Below the pieces are notes generated by a model. The model had not been told where the DNA came from and did not search any database. It saw nothing but the letters and a program-made list of their open reading frames with translations. Positions 8,949 through 18,536 of a stretch of 64,000 nt of DNA are shown here, piece by piece. This stretch comes from an uncultured beta proteobacterium. Lineage in GTDB: Bacteria; Pseudomonadota; Gammaproteobacteria; Burkholderiales; Casimicrobiaceae. Location of the stretch: assembly GCA_963778935.1 (NCBI GenBank), contig CAVZWA010000017.1:261808-325807 (forward strand), given 5' to 3'. Positions within the stretch are counted from its first letter, which is position 1, and the number at the start of each line of letters is the position of its first letter. Made by a program: the position numbers and the translations under genes.

Positions 8949-9066
8949 CTTTGCTGCATTGCGCAAAGTCGCCTATCCGGGCCGGTATGGCGACTTGAAC
9001 GGGGAAGGCCCCAGGCAACACCCGACACCGCATCGAGTGTGGTGTCGCAGCAAAGGAGACAGGGAG

Positions 9067-10065
9067 ATGATTCGAATTCTGACGAAGTTCGCGGTGGTTG
9101 TCTGCATGACGGTGCTTGGAGCATCCGTCGCATCGGCGCAGGAAAAGCTCCGGATTGCCGGCAACTTTACGCCAGACCATTCGTCGAGCGTTGCCATCGA
9201 AGCGTTCAAGGTGGAAGTCGAGAAGGCGTCCAACGGCAAGCTCGTGATCGAGGTCTTCAACAACATGCAGCTTGGTGGCGCACAGGAGAACGTCACCCAG
9301 ACCCGCGCCGGCACGATTCACATGACCTATGTCGGCATGGCGTTTCTGTCCCGCACCGTCCCTGAACTCGAAGCCGTCAGCCTGCCCTTTCTGTTTCCGA
9401 ACCGCGAAGTCGCCTACAAGGTGATGGACGGGCCGGTGGGCGTTCTTATCGACCAGAAACTGGCGGACAAGGGCTTCGTCGCGCTCGGCTACATGGAGCT
9501 CGGCGCGCGGCAGGTGACCAACGGCGTGCGCCCGATCAAGACCATTGCCGATTTCAAGGGCTTGAAGATCCGCCTGCAGCCGAATGAAACCCATCTCGCG
9601 ACGTTCCGCGCGCTCGGCGCGAACCCGGTCGCGATGGATATCCGCGAGGTGTACTCGGCGCTGGAGCAGAAAGTGCTCGACGGCCAGGAGAATCCGTACA
9701 ACCTGATCCTCGCCAGCCGCTTTTTCGAGGTGCAGAAGTACGTCTCCAACACCGCCCATTTTTTCGACTTCATTGCGGTCGTCGCCAACAAGAAAAAAAT
9801 GGATTCACTGTCGCCCGAACATCAGCAGATCATCAAGACGGCGATGAAGAACGTTGTCGCCGTGCAGCGGGCCGGCGCCGCGAAGGCTGACGCCGACGCG
9901 CTGGTCGAGCTGCAGAAAAAAGGCATGCAGTTTGACGCCATGCCGGCCTCCGAACGCGAGGCGATGCGCAAGGCGACCGCCGGCGTCGTGGACGACATCA
10001 AGAAGCGCGTTGGCGCACCGCTCGTCGATCAGGTTCTGGCCGAAGTCAAAAAAGCCGGCGGCTGA
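9067..10065 (+). CDS. TRAP transporter substrate-binding protein (DctP family), module 1
   Basis: 332 aa from ATG 9067, preceded by AAAGGAGACAGGGAG. Signal peptide ...ASVASAQE. DctP motifs include LGARQVTNGVRPIKTIADFKGLKIR, with the conserved Arg present. Confidence 0.9.
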   Translation: MIRILTKFAVVVCMTVLGASVASAQEKLRIAGNFTPDHSSSVAIEAFKVEVEKASNGKLVIEVFNNMQLGGAQENVTQTRAGTIHMTYVGMAFLSRTVPELEAVSLPFLFPNREVAYKVMDGPVGVLIDQKLADKGFVALGYMELGARQVTNGVRPIKTIADFKGLKIRLQPNETHLATFRALGANPVAMDIREVYSALEQKVLDGQENPYNLILASRFFEVQKYVSNTAHFFDFIAVVANKKKMDSLSPEHQQIIKTAMKNVVAVQRAGAAKADADALVELQKKGMQFDAMPASEREAMRKATAGVVDDIKKRVGAPLVDQVLAEVKKAGG

Positions 10066-10092
10066 CGCTCCGCGGTTGACGGGGGTTCGAGC

Positions 10093-10638
10093 ATGAGCGG
10101 ACACACCACTTACGCACCGGCACCCGCCAGCGGCGCGCTACGACCGCTGGCGGCGCTGATCGGCGCGCTCGACGTCGCCGCCGCCTGGGCGCTGGTGGTG
10201 CTCATCGCCACGATGGTCGCGCTGGTTTCGGCGCAGGTGTTCATGCGCTACATCCTGAACAGTTCGATCGGGTGGACCGACGAAGTGTCGCGGCTGACCT
10301 TCGTCTGGTCAATCTTCCTTGCCATCCCTCTCGGCATCAAGGCCGGCGTTCACATCGGCATGGAAATCCTGACCGCGCGACTGCCGAAGAACGTGCAGGA
10401 CGTGCTCGCGCGCGCAGTGGCACTGGCGGGCGCGGCCATGATGACGCTCGTGGCGTGGCAGGCTGCCGTGCTGGCTTTCGACCAGTGGGACGAGATGATG
10501 GCGTCGGTCAACATGAGCTCCGCCTGGTTCATCGTTGCCGTGGCCATCGGCTGCGCCCACTCGGCGCTGCATCTCATCTGGATCATGTTGACCGGCAAGG
10601 GCCGCGTCGACGAAGAACTCGCCAAGGACCTCGACTGA
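10093..10638 (+). CDS. TRAP transporter small permease (DctQ family), module 1
   Basis: 181 aa, four predicted TM segments, WTDEVSRL motif, positioned between the P and M genes. Confidence 0.85.
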   Translation: MSGHTTYAPAPASGALRPLAALIGALDVAAAWALVVLIATMVALVSAQVFMRYILNSSIGWTDEVSRLTFVWSIFLAIPLGIKAGVHIGMEILTARLPKNVQDVLARAVALAGAAMMTLVAWQAAVLAFDQWDEMMASVNMSSAWFIVAVAIGCAHSALHLIWIMLTGKGRVDEELAKDLD

Positions 10639-11918
10639 TGACGCTATTGATCATCTTCCTGTTTCTCGGTATTTCGCTGCTCGGTATGCCGCTCGCGTTT
10701 GCGCTTGGCGCCAGCGCGATTGCCGGACTGGTGGTGAGCGACGTCGATTTCAATCTGCTCCCGTCGCGCATGATGAATGCGGTGAATGCGTTCCCGCTGA
10801 TGTCCATTCCGTTCTTCATTCTTGCCGGCGAGCTGATGCTGAAAGCGGGAATGATGGAACGGCTGATCGATCTCGCCAACACGATCGTCGGGCGCGTTCG
10901 CGGCGGACTCGGGCACGTCACGATGCTGGCGGGGCTGGGTCTGTCGACGGTCTCGGGTGCCGCGGTCGCCGACGCGAGCGCTCTCGGCAGTACGCTGATT
11001 CCGTCGCTGCGCAAACACTATGGCGTCGGCTTCTCGGCCGCGGTGTGCGCAGCCGCGGCCAACCTCGGCCCGATCATTCCGCCGTCGGGCGCGATGATCG
11101 TATATGCGTTCATGGCCGGGCCGACGGTTTCAGTGGGCGGCATGTTCATGGCGGGCATCATCCCGGGGCTGATCCTCGTGGCGTCGATGATGGCGATGGT
11201 GTCGATCATCGCCATCCGCCGCAATTACCCGCTCACCGGCGAGGCGTTCGCACTGGCCCGCGTCCTGCACGAACTCAAGCGGTCGATCATCATTTTCCTC
11301 ATGCCGGTGGTCGTCATCGGCGGCATCGTCGGTGGCGCGTTCACGGCAACCGAGGGCTCGGCGATCGCAGTGATCTATGCGTTGCTCATCGGCCTATTCG
11401 TCACGCGCAAGCTCAAGGTCACCGATCTGCCAGAAGCCATCATCCGCACCGCCGTCACGTCGGCGATCGTCGGGGCGATGATTGCCTTTGCCTCGGTCGT
11501 CACCTACATGTTGACGATCGACCAGCTGCCGCAGCACCTCACCGTCTTGATGAAGACGCTCACTTCCAGCCCGATCGCATATCTCCTGATCGTGGCGGTC
11601 GCGTTGTTCGTGGTGGGCATGTTCCTGGAGTCGAACGCCGCCTACATCATGCTGGTGCCGCTGCTGCATCCGATCGCGCTGCAATACGGCATCGATCCCC
11701 TGCATTTCGGTTTCCTGTTCGTGTTCAACCTCGTGATCGGAATGCTGACGCCACCGGTAGGCGTGGTGCTGTTCGTGCTGTGCGGCCTGACCGGTCTCAA
11801 GCTTGGCGAGCTGACGAAGCACGTGTGGCCGTTCATCACCATCATGTACGGTCTGCTGTTCGTCTGCATGTTCTACCCGCCGATCGTCCTGACCGTGCCG
11901 CGCATGCTTGGTTATTGA
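10638..11918 (+). CDS. TRAP transporter large permease (DctM family), module 1
   Basis: 426 aa from the ATG overlapping the dctQ stop (TGATG). Polytopic, with FFILAGELM and GPIIPPS motifs. Confidence 0.92.
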   Translation: MTLLIIFLFLGISLLGMPLAFALGASAIAGLVVSDVDFNLLPSRMMNAVNAFPLMSIPFFILAGELMLKAGMMERLIDLANTIVGRVRGGLGHVTMLAGLGLSTVSGAAVADASALGSTLIPSLRKHYGVGFSAAVCAAAANLGPIIPPSGAMIVYAFMAGPTVSVGGMFMAGIIPGLILVASMMAMVSIIAIRRNYPLTGEAFALARVLHELKRSIIIFLMPVVVIGGIVGGAFTATEGSAIAVIYALLIGLFVTRKLKVTDLPEAIIRTAVTSAIVGAMIAFASVVTYMLTIDQLPQHLTVLMKTLTSSPIAYLLIVAVALFVVGMFLESNAAYIMLVPLLHPIALQYGIDPLHFGFLFVFNLVIGMLTPPVGVVLFVLCGLTGLKLGELTKHVWPFITIMYGLLFVCMFYPPIVLTVPRMLGY

Positions 11919-11922
11919 GCCC

Positions 11923-12675
11923 ATGTCCTCAACTGGACTCAGGCCTCAGGACTTGTTCGCGGCACCGAAGCATTTCATCGGCTGGATCACGCCGTCGGCG
12001 AACAACGTTGTCGAGCGCATCACGCTCGGCATAATGCGCGATTTCCCCGAGGTCTCGCCCCATTTTTCGCGCACGTCAGTCGCGGGCGCCCGTGATCCGT
12101 TCCCCGCGAGCTACGATTTCGACGACATGCTGCTCGCGGCGCGGCTGCTCGGCGACGCGCAACTCGACGTTGTCGCCTGGAACGGCAGCAAGGGCGGCAG
12201 CCTCGATTTCGCGCTGGATCACGATCTGGTCGCCCGCATCGAAACGCTCACCGGCGCCCGATCCACGACCTCGACGCTCGCCATCGACAGCGTCTTTCGC
12301 GAGGACGGCGTGAAACGATTCGCGCTGGCATGTCCATACATCGACAGCTATCGGCAGCGGATCGTCGACACCTTTGGCAGGGAAGGCTACGAATGCGTCG
12401 CCGCGCGCAATGCGGGCCTGGCCGACAACTACTCGTTCTCGCGGATACCCGCAGACACGATCGTCACCATGCTTCGTGACGTGGCCAAGGCGAAACCCGA
12501 GGCAATCATCACCTTCTGCACCAATTTTCCGGCGGGCCCATTAGTCGCCGAAATGGAAGACGAGCTCGGCATGCCGATCTACGACACCGTGACGATGGCT
12601 GTGTGGGGAGCGCTGAAGCTGGTCGGTGTCGACACGCGCCCGGGCCGTTCCTGGGGCCGCGTGTTCGACCGATGA
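11923..12675 (+). CDS. Asp/Glu-racemase-fold protein, maleate isomerase / arylmalonate decarboxylase / EutA-like (paralogue 1)
   Basis: 250 aa. Motifs TPSANN, WNGSKGG, ITFCTNFP and SWGRVF. Starts 4 nt after dctM and shares an ATGA overlap with the next gene. Confidence 0.8.
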   Translation: MSSTGLRPQDLFAAPKHFIGWITPSANNVVERITLGIMRDFPEVSPHFSRTSVAGARDPFPASYDFDDMLLAARLLGDAQLDVVAWNGSKGGSLDFALDHDLVARIETLTGARSTTSTLAIDSVFREDGVKRFALACPYIDSYRQRIVDTFGREGYECVAARNAGLADNYSFSRIPADTIVTMLRDVAKAKPEAIITFCTNFPAGPLVAEMEDELGMPIYDTVTMAVWGALKLVGVDTRPGRSWGRVFDR

Positions 12676-14192
12676 AACCGATGGCGAAATCACTGCTCGT
12701 TCGTGGCGCGCATGTGCTGACGATGGATGACGCATGCAGTGAATGGCCACGCGCCGACGTGGTCATCGAGAACGGCGTCATCGCCGCGATCGGGCCGGAT
12801 GCTGCGCGTGGATGGCCGCGCCCATTTGACCGCTGCATCGAAGGAGACGGCCTGCTCGCGATGCCCGGACTCATCAACGCTCATTTCCATTCGCCGGGGA
12901 CGCTCCTCAAGGGTTCGCTCGACGGACTGCCGCTCGAGCTGTTCATGCTCCACGAGGTGCCACCGCTCGCCGACAACGGCGCCGGCGGGCGCACCGGCTA
13001 TGTCACTGCGCTGCTTGGCGCAGTGGAGATGCTCCGGCGCGGGATCACGGCGGTCCATGACGATGCATTTCACGTTCCCATCGCGACCGAAGCGTCGATC
13101 GACGCGATCATGCAGGCCTACCTCGACGTCGGAATACGTGCGACGGTGGCGATCGACCAGCCCAATATCGTCGAATACGACAAATATCCGTACCTGCGCG
13201 AGCTCCTGCCCGACGACGTCGTCCGGGCAATGGACGCCGCACCTCGACAATCCGGACCGGAATTGCTCGGGCTGTATCGGCACCTGATCGATCGCTGGCA
13301 TGGCGCGGGCAACGACCGGCTGCGCGTCGCGGTGTCGTGCTCGGCGCCGCAACGCGTCACGCACGACTACTTTGCCGGCCTGTCGGCGTTGAGTCGGACC
13401 CATGACCTGCCTTTCAACATTCACATCCTCGAAACCAGGTTGCAGCGCGTGCTGGGCGCCGAGAAATTCGGCAAGTCACTGGTCCGTCACGTCCACGATC
13501 TGGGCTTCCTCGACGAACGGATGATGGTGATCCACGCGATCTGGGTCGACCATGATGACATCCATCTCCTCGCCGATGCCGGGTGCACGGTCGCCCACAA
13601 TCCCGTGTGCAACCTGCGGCTCGGGAGCGGAATAATGCCGTTCTATCGCCTGCGCGAGGCGGGTGTGCCGATCTGCCTCGGTACCGACGAAGCGACCGTG
13701 GACGATTCGATCAACCTGTGGTTCGTCGCCAAGACCGCTGCCCTGCTACACACCATCACCAACCCGGAGTACCGCGACTGGCCGACTGCCGGCGAAATGT
13801 TGCGCGCGTTGACACGTGGCGGCGCGCGTGCCCTGCGGCAGCCCGATCGGCTGGGCCAGCTCGTGCCAGGTTGTGTCGCCGACCTCGCACTGATCGACCT
13901 GGACACTTTGGCCTTCACACCGCTCAACGATCTCGAACGCCAGCTCGTGTTCTGCGAGGACGGCGGCTCGGTGCGGTTCACGATCGTCGCCGGCCGTGTC
14001 GTTTTCGAAGACGGGCACGTCACCACCGTGGACGAGCACGCGCTGCGCGCGGAAGCCCGCGAACTGATGGCGGCACAGCGCGGGACATTGGCGCGCGGCA
14101 GGGAACAGGCGTCACGACTGGAACCATACTACCGACAGATGTACCTGCGCGCGGCGGATCAGGACGTCGGCATGAAACGCTGGGCCCATTGA
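12672..14192 (+). CDS. amidohydrolase-superfamily enzyme, deaminase/chlorohydrolase (TRZ/ATZ, SsnA-like) subgroup
   Basis: 506 aa from ATG 12672. GLINAHFH (HxH), FNIHILE (HxxE), VAHNP and GTDEATVDD metal and catalytic motifs. Confidence 0.88.
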   Translation: MKPMAKSLLVRGAHVLTMDDACSEWPRADVVIENGVIAAIGPDAARGWPRPFDRCIEGDGLLAMPGLINAHFHSPGTLLKGSLDGLPLELFMLHEVPPLADNGAGGRTGYVTALLGAVEMLRRGITAVHDDAFHVPIATEASIDAIMQAYLDVGIRATVAIDQPNIVEYDKYPYLRELLPDDVVRAMDAAPRQSGPELLGLYRHLIDRWHGAGNDRLRVAVSCSAPQRVTHDYFAGLSALSRTHDLPFNIHILETRLQRVLGAEKFGKSLVRHVHDLGFLDERMMVIHAIWVDHDDIHLLADAGCTVAHNPVCNLRLGSGIMPFYRLREAGVPICLGTDEATVDDSINLWFVAKTAALLHTITNPEYRDWPTAGEMLRALTRGGARALRQPDRLGQLVPGCVADLALIDLDTLAFTPLNDLERQLVFCEDGGSVRFTIVAGRVVFEDGHVTTVDEHALRAEARELMAAQRGTLARGREQASRLEPYYRQMYLRAADQDVGMKRWAH

Positions 14193-14226
14193 TTTTTCGC
14201 AACCCAATCTCTCAAGGAGCAACACC

Positions 14227-15279
14227 ATGATTGCACGATTGCTTACCACTACCGCGATTGCATCGCTGCTTGCACTGTCGCATGCCGCAACGGCCCAGAA
14301 CCCGACCACGATGCGCATCGCCGGCAATTTCTCATCGAACACCAAACACGTCGACGTGATCGAGAAGCCGTTCTTCACCGGGCTGCCGCAATCGCTGGGC
14401 CTGCCGATGGCCATCAACTACAACGCGATGGACGTCGTGAATGTGCAGGCCGCCGACGCGCTGCGCCTTCTGCGATCGGGGACGTTCGACGTCATGTCGG
14501 TGCAAATCGGCATGGCATCGCGCGACGATCCGTTCTTCGAGGGCATCGACCTGATCGGCGTATCGACCAACATGAAGGACCTGCGGCAGGCGGTCGACGC
14601 CTACCGCGAAGTTTTCGATCAACGACTGCAGTCCCGTTTCAAGGCGAAGGTGCTGACGCTCTGGCCATTCGGTCCGCAAGTGTTCTACTGCAACAAGCCA
14701 ATCAAGACCGTGGATGACATCAAAGGGTTGAAGGTGCGCAGCTTCACGCCTTCGATGGCGGCACTGATCCAGCATCTCGGCGGCACGCCGGTAACATTGC
14801 AGTTTTCGGAGGTATATCCGGCGCTGCAACGCGGTGTGGCCGACTGCGGCGTCACCTCGCCGACGTCAGGCAATACCGGCAAATGGCCCGAGGTTACGTC
14901 CTATTTTCTGCCACTGTCGGTCTCGGGCTCGGTCCAGGGCCACTTCATGAATCTCGACTACTGGAACAAGTTCACGCCGGCCGAACAAAAAAAGATACTC
15001 GCCGAGTTCAAGAAGATGGAGGACCAGATGTGGGACCTCGCGGATCGCGTCAACAGCGATGCGGTCAATTGCAACGTCGGCAAGGAGCCCTGCAAGGAGG
15101 GTGTCAAATTCGCGATGAACCTGGTCCCGGTCACGGCCGCGGATGAGGCGAAGATCAAGGCCGCGGTGACCGCGACAGTGCTGCCGCTCTGGAAGCAGAC
15201 GTGTAACAAGGTCGATCCCAAGTGTTCCGAAACCTGGAACGCCACAGTTGGCAAGACGCGTGGATTCAAGATCGAATAG
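14227..15279 (+). CDS. TRAP transporter substrate-binding protein (divergent DctP family), module 2
   Basis: 350 aa. RBS AAGGAG 8 nt upstream. Signal peptide ...SHAATAQN. Contains KPIKTVDDIKGLKVR, but no Arg where the carboxylate-clamp Arg is expected (LWPFGPQVFYCN). Confidence 0.85.
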   Translation: MIARLLTTTAIASLLALSHAATAQNPTTMRIAGNFSSNTKHVDVIEKPFFTGLPQSLGLPMAINYNAMDVVNVQAADALRLLRSGTFDVMSVQIGMASRDDPFFEGIDLIGVSTNMKDLRQAVDAYREVFDQRLQSRFKAKVLTLWPFGPQVFYCNKPIKTVDDIKGLKVRSFTPSMAALIQHLGGTPVTLQFSEVYPALQRGVADCGVTSPTSGNTGKWPEVTSYFLPLSVSGSVQGHFMNLDYWNKFTPAEQKKILAEFKKMEDQMWDLADRVNSDAVNCNVGKEPCKEGVKFAMNLVPVTAADEAKIKAAVTATVLPLWKQTCNKVDPKCSETWNATVGKTRGFKIE

Positions 15280-15343
15280 CGCCGAAAACGTCCCCCCGGC
15301 CGCGGCCAATGGTCGCGGCCACCAACATTCCGGATGAACCATC

Positions 15344-15949
15344 ATGGACAATCCCATTAGCCGGGTGGTCGAGCCCGTCGCACGCGGGGCTGCGATCGTC
15401 TGCGGCTGGGCGGTGTTGATCTACTCGTTCGCCGTCGCCTACGAAATTCTGGGCCGCAAGCTGTTCGGGTTCTCGTTCCAGGGGATCGACGACATTGGCG
15501 GTTACGCACTCGCAATCACCGCCGCCATCGGCGCATCGTATACGATGGCGATGCGCGGCCACACCCGCGTCGATGTATTCCTCGTGCGCATGCCGATCGG
15601 CTGGCAACGTGCGCTGAATACGATTGCCATGGTGACGATGGCTGTCTTTGGCTGCTACGCCGCGTGGCGCGGCCTCGCGGTCCTGCGCGAAACGATCGAG
15701 TTCCAGAGTGTCGCCACCAACCCGCTGCAGACGCCGCTGTGGCAGCCGCAAATCCTGTGGCTTACCGGGCTCACGCTGTTCGCGCTGATTTCGCTGGCCT
15801 ACGCGTTGCACGCGCTGGCGTTGTGCTTCCGCGGTGGCGGTGAACTCAACCGCTACTATGGTCCTCAAAGTGCGCAGGACGAGCTGGAGGCCGAGCTGAC
15901 CGCGCGCGCAGAGCGCGAGGCGCAGGGCGAAGCAGGAGTCAACCGATGA
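15344..15949 (+). CDS. TRAP transporter small permease (DctQ family), module 2
   Basis: 201 aa, four TM segments, 4-nt overlap with the large permease gene. Confidence 0.85.
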   Translation: MDNPISRVVEPVARGAAIVCGWAVLIYSFAVAYEILGRKLFGFSFQGIDDIGGYALAITAAIGASYTMAMRGHTRVDVFLVRMPIGWQRALNTIAMVTMAVFGCYAAWRGLAVLRETIEFQSVATNPLQTPLWQPQILWLTGLTLFALISLAYALHALALCFRGGGELNRYYGPQSAQDELEAELTARAEREAQGEAGVNR

Positions 15950-17250
15950 TCACCATCACGGCAGCTGCCGTTGGCTTCTTCCTGCTCGTCGGACTGATGG
16001 CCCTCGGCCTGCATGTGGCGTTTGTCATGTTCGCCATCAGCATGCTTGGCGCCATTTTCTATCTCGGCTTGCCGGCCACACTCGAGTTCGGGACGCAATA
16101 CTGGGGTGCAACCAACAATTTCGTTCTGGTAGCCATCCCGTTGTTTGTCCTCCTGGGCGAGCTGCTCGTGCGCGGCGGCTTCACCGACCGGATGTACCGT
16201 TCGCTTTCCGACTGGCTGAATCCGCTGCCCGGCGGCTTGTTGCACACGAACATTGGCGCCTCGGCCATGTTTGCCGCAGTGTCGGGTTCGTCGGTGGCCA
16301 CCGCCGCGACCATCGGCACGGTCGCGATTCCAGCATTCAAGGGGCGCAACTACGACCCGCGACTCGTGCTCGGGTCGATCGCCGCCGGCGCAACGCTCGG
16401 CATCCTGATCCCGCCGTCGATCAACATGATCATCTACGGCGCGATGACCAACACCTCGGTCGGTCGCTTGTACGCAGCCGGCGCAATACCAGGGTTGCTG
16501 CTCACCGCGCTGTTCATGGCGGTGATCGTGGTCGCCTGCTGGTGGAAACCGTCGCTGGCCGGAGCGGTGCCAGCGACCGCGCCACTGCGCGACCGGTTGC
16601 TGCGCTTGATCGACTTGCTGCCGCCGACCGCGATTTTCATTGTCGTCATGGGCAGCATCTACCTCGGCTGGGCAACGCCCACCGAGTCGGCTGCGCTTGG
16701 CGTGGTCATGTCGCTGCTCCTGTGCGCATGCTATCGCAAGGTCAGCATAAAAATGCTGCACGAGTGTTTCGTCACCACGGTCTCGGTGACGGCGATGATC
16801 ATGCTGATTGCAGCGGCGGCGTTCTATCTCAATTTCGTGCTCGGCTTGATGGGTGTGCCGCAGGCGCTTGCCGATTTTGTCAGCAAGCTCGGCGCCTCGC
16901 AGGGCCAGATGATTCTCATCCTCACGGTGTTCTATCTGATTCTCGGCTGCTTCCTCGACGCACTGGCGATGATCATCGGCACCATTCCCATCGTGTTTCC
17001 GCTGGTGGTGGCGCTCGGGATCGACCCGGTGTGGTTCGGCATTTTCCTCGTGGTCATGGCTGAACTCGCCCTCATCACGCCGCCGGTTGGCATGAACCTC
17101 TATGTGGTTCAGGGCATTCGCAAGGAAGGCCTGATCACCGATGTGATCGTCGGCACGCTGCCGTTCCTGTTCATGATGTTGTTGCTCGTGGTCTTGCTGT
17201 GGCTGTTTCCGGACATAGCCCTATGGTTGCCGCGAGTTTCGTTCGGGTGA
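15946..17250 (+). CDS. TRAP transporter large permease (DctM family), module 2
   Basis: 434 aa, polytopic, with LFVLLGELL and GILIPPS motifs. Confidence 0.92.
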   Translation: MITITAAAVGFFLLVGLMALGLHVAFVMFAISMLGAIFYLGLPATLEFGTQYWGATNNFVLVAIPLFVLLGELLVRGGFTDRMYRSLSDWLNPLPGGLLHTNIGASAMFAAVSGSSVATAATIGTVAIPAFKGRNYDPRLVLGSIAAGATLGILIPPSINMIIYGAMTNTSVGRLYAAGAIPGLLLTALFMAVIVVACWWKPSLAGAVPATAPLRDRLLRLIDLLPPTAIFIVVMGSIYLGWATPTESAALGVVMSLLLCACYRKVSIKMLHECFVTTVSVTAMIMLIAAAAFYLNFVLGLMGVPQALADFVSKLGASQGQMILILTVFYLILGCFLDALAMIIGTIPIVFPLVVALGIDPVWFGIFLVVMAELALITPPVGMNLYVVQGIRKEGLITDVIVGTLPFLFMMLLLVVLLWLFPDIALWLPRVSFG

Positions 17251-17290
17251 TGTGACCCATCCCCGAATCACCAGACGAGTGTTGCCGACA

Positions 17291-18019
17291 ATGACGAACC
17301 GAATCCTGCTCGGAATGCTGACCCCGTCCTCCAACACCACGCTGGAGCCGGTGACCACCGCCATGATCGCCGGCATCGCCGAGGCGAGCGCGCATTTCGG
17401 GCGTTTCCGCGTCACCGAGATCGCACTGTCAGATCAGGCATTGGGGCAATTCAACGACAGCGAAATCCTGCGCGCGGCCGAGCTGCTGGCGCACGCCAAG
17501 GTGCAGGTCATCGGCTGGAACGGCACCTCGTCGGGCTGGCTCGGATTCGGAGCGGACCAACGCCTGTGCCAGCGCATCACAGAAGCCACGGGAATACCGG
17601 CGTGCACATCGGTGCTCGCGCTCAATGAGATTTTCCAGCACACCGGCGTGAAGCGCTTCGGCCTGGTGACGCCCTACCGCGATGACGTGCAGGCAGCGAT
17701 CGTGAAGAACTATGCAGCATCCGGATTCGAATGCGTCGCCGAGCGACACCTGCGCAAGCAGGACAATTTCTCGTTCTCGGAGGTTGGTGCCGACGAAATT
17801 CGCCGCATGGTGCGTGAGGTCGCGCAGGAAAAGCCGCAAGCCATCACGATCTTCTGCACCAATCTGCGCGGCGCGCCACTGGTCGCGGAGCTCGAAGCCG
17901 AGACTGGCATCCCGATCTACGACACGATTGCCACCGTCGTGTGGAAATCGCTCGAGCTCGCCGGCGCCGATCCGAAGCGGATCAAGGGTTGGGGCCGGCT
18001 GTTCCAGAAGACCGCCTGA
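17291..18019 (+). CDS. Asp/Glu-racemase-fold protein, maleate isomerase / arylmalonate decarboxylase / EutA-like (paralogue 2)
   Basis: Clear paralogue of 11923..12675: TPSSNTT, WNGTSSG, TIFCTNLR, GWGRLF. The start is either ATG 17291 or GTG 17252. Confidence 0.8.
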   Translation: MTNRILLGMLTPSSNTTLEPVTTAMIAGIAEASAHFGRFRVTEIALSDQALGQFNDSEILRAAELLAHAKVQVIGWNGTSSGWLGFGADQRLCQRITEATGIPACTSVLALNEIFQHTGVKRFGLVTPYRDDVQAAIVKNYAASGFECVAERHLRKQDNFSFSEVGADEIRRMVREVAQEKPQAITIFCTNLRGAPLVAELEAETGIPIYDTIATVVWKSLELAGADPKRIKGWGRLFQKTA

Positions 18020-18026
18020 CCGCCCC

Positions 18027-18536
18027 ATGCCAGACGCGACCGACCAGGATTTGCGCCTGCTGCGTGCTGCCATCGCGCTGTCTGCGCGAGCACGTGAGCA
18101 CGGCAATGAACCCTACGGCGCGTTGCTCGGCGACGCGGGTGGCAAGGTGCGCCTCGAGGCGGAGAACACGCAGGTCAGCGACCGCGATTGCACCGGTCAC
18201 GCCGAGCTAAACCTGATGCGCGAGGCTTCGCGGCGTTTCGATGCCAAGGCGTTGGCGGATTGCACTGTCTATGCGAGCGGCGAACCCTGCCCGATGTGTG
18301 CCGGTGCGATCTACTGGAGCGGCGTGGGGCGCATCGTGTACGCGCTCTCGGTGCGTTCGATGGCTGACCTCGCAGGCGAGGCGGTGGACGAGATTCACCT
18401 CGGTTGCGCTGAGGTTCTCGCGCACGGAACACGTGCGATAGAGATCGCCGGCCCCATGCTCGAGGACGAAGCGCGACGGGTGTTCGACGGTATGCCGCGT
18501 GCGCTTGTGAAGAAAGGAACCAATGCCGGAATTTGA
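18027..18536 (+). CDS. CDA-fold nucleoside/nucleobase deaminase (guanine deaminase / TadA-like)
   Basis: 169 aa from ATG 18027. Zinc motifs HAE and PCPMCAGA. Confidence 0.88.
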   Translation: MPDATDQDLRLLRAAIALSARAREHGNEPYGALLGDAGGKVRLEAENTQVSDRDCTGHAELNLMREASRRFDAKALADCTVYASGEPCPMCAGAIYWSGVGRIVYALSVRSMADLAGEAVDEIHLGCAEVLAHGTRAIEIAGPMLEDEARRVFDGMPRALVKKGTNAGI

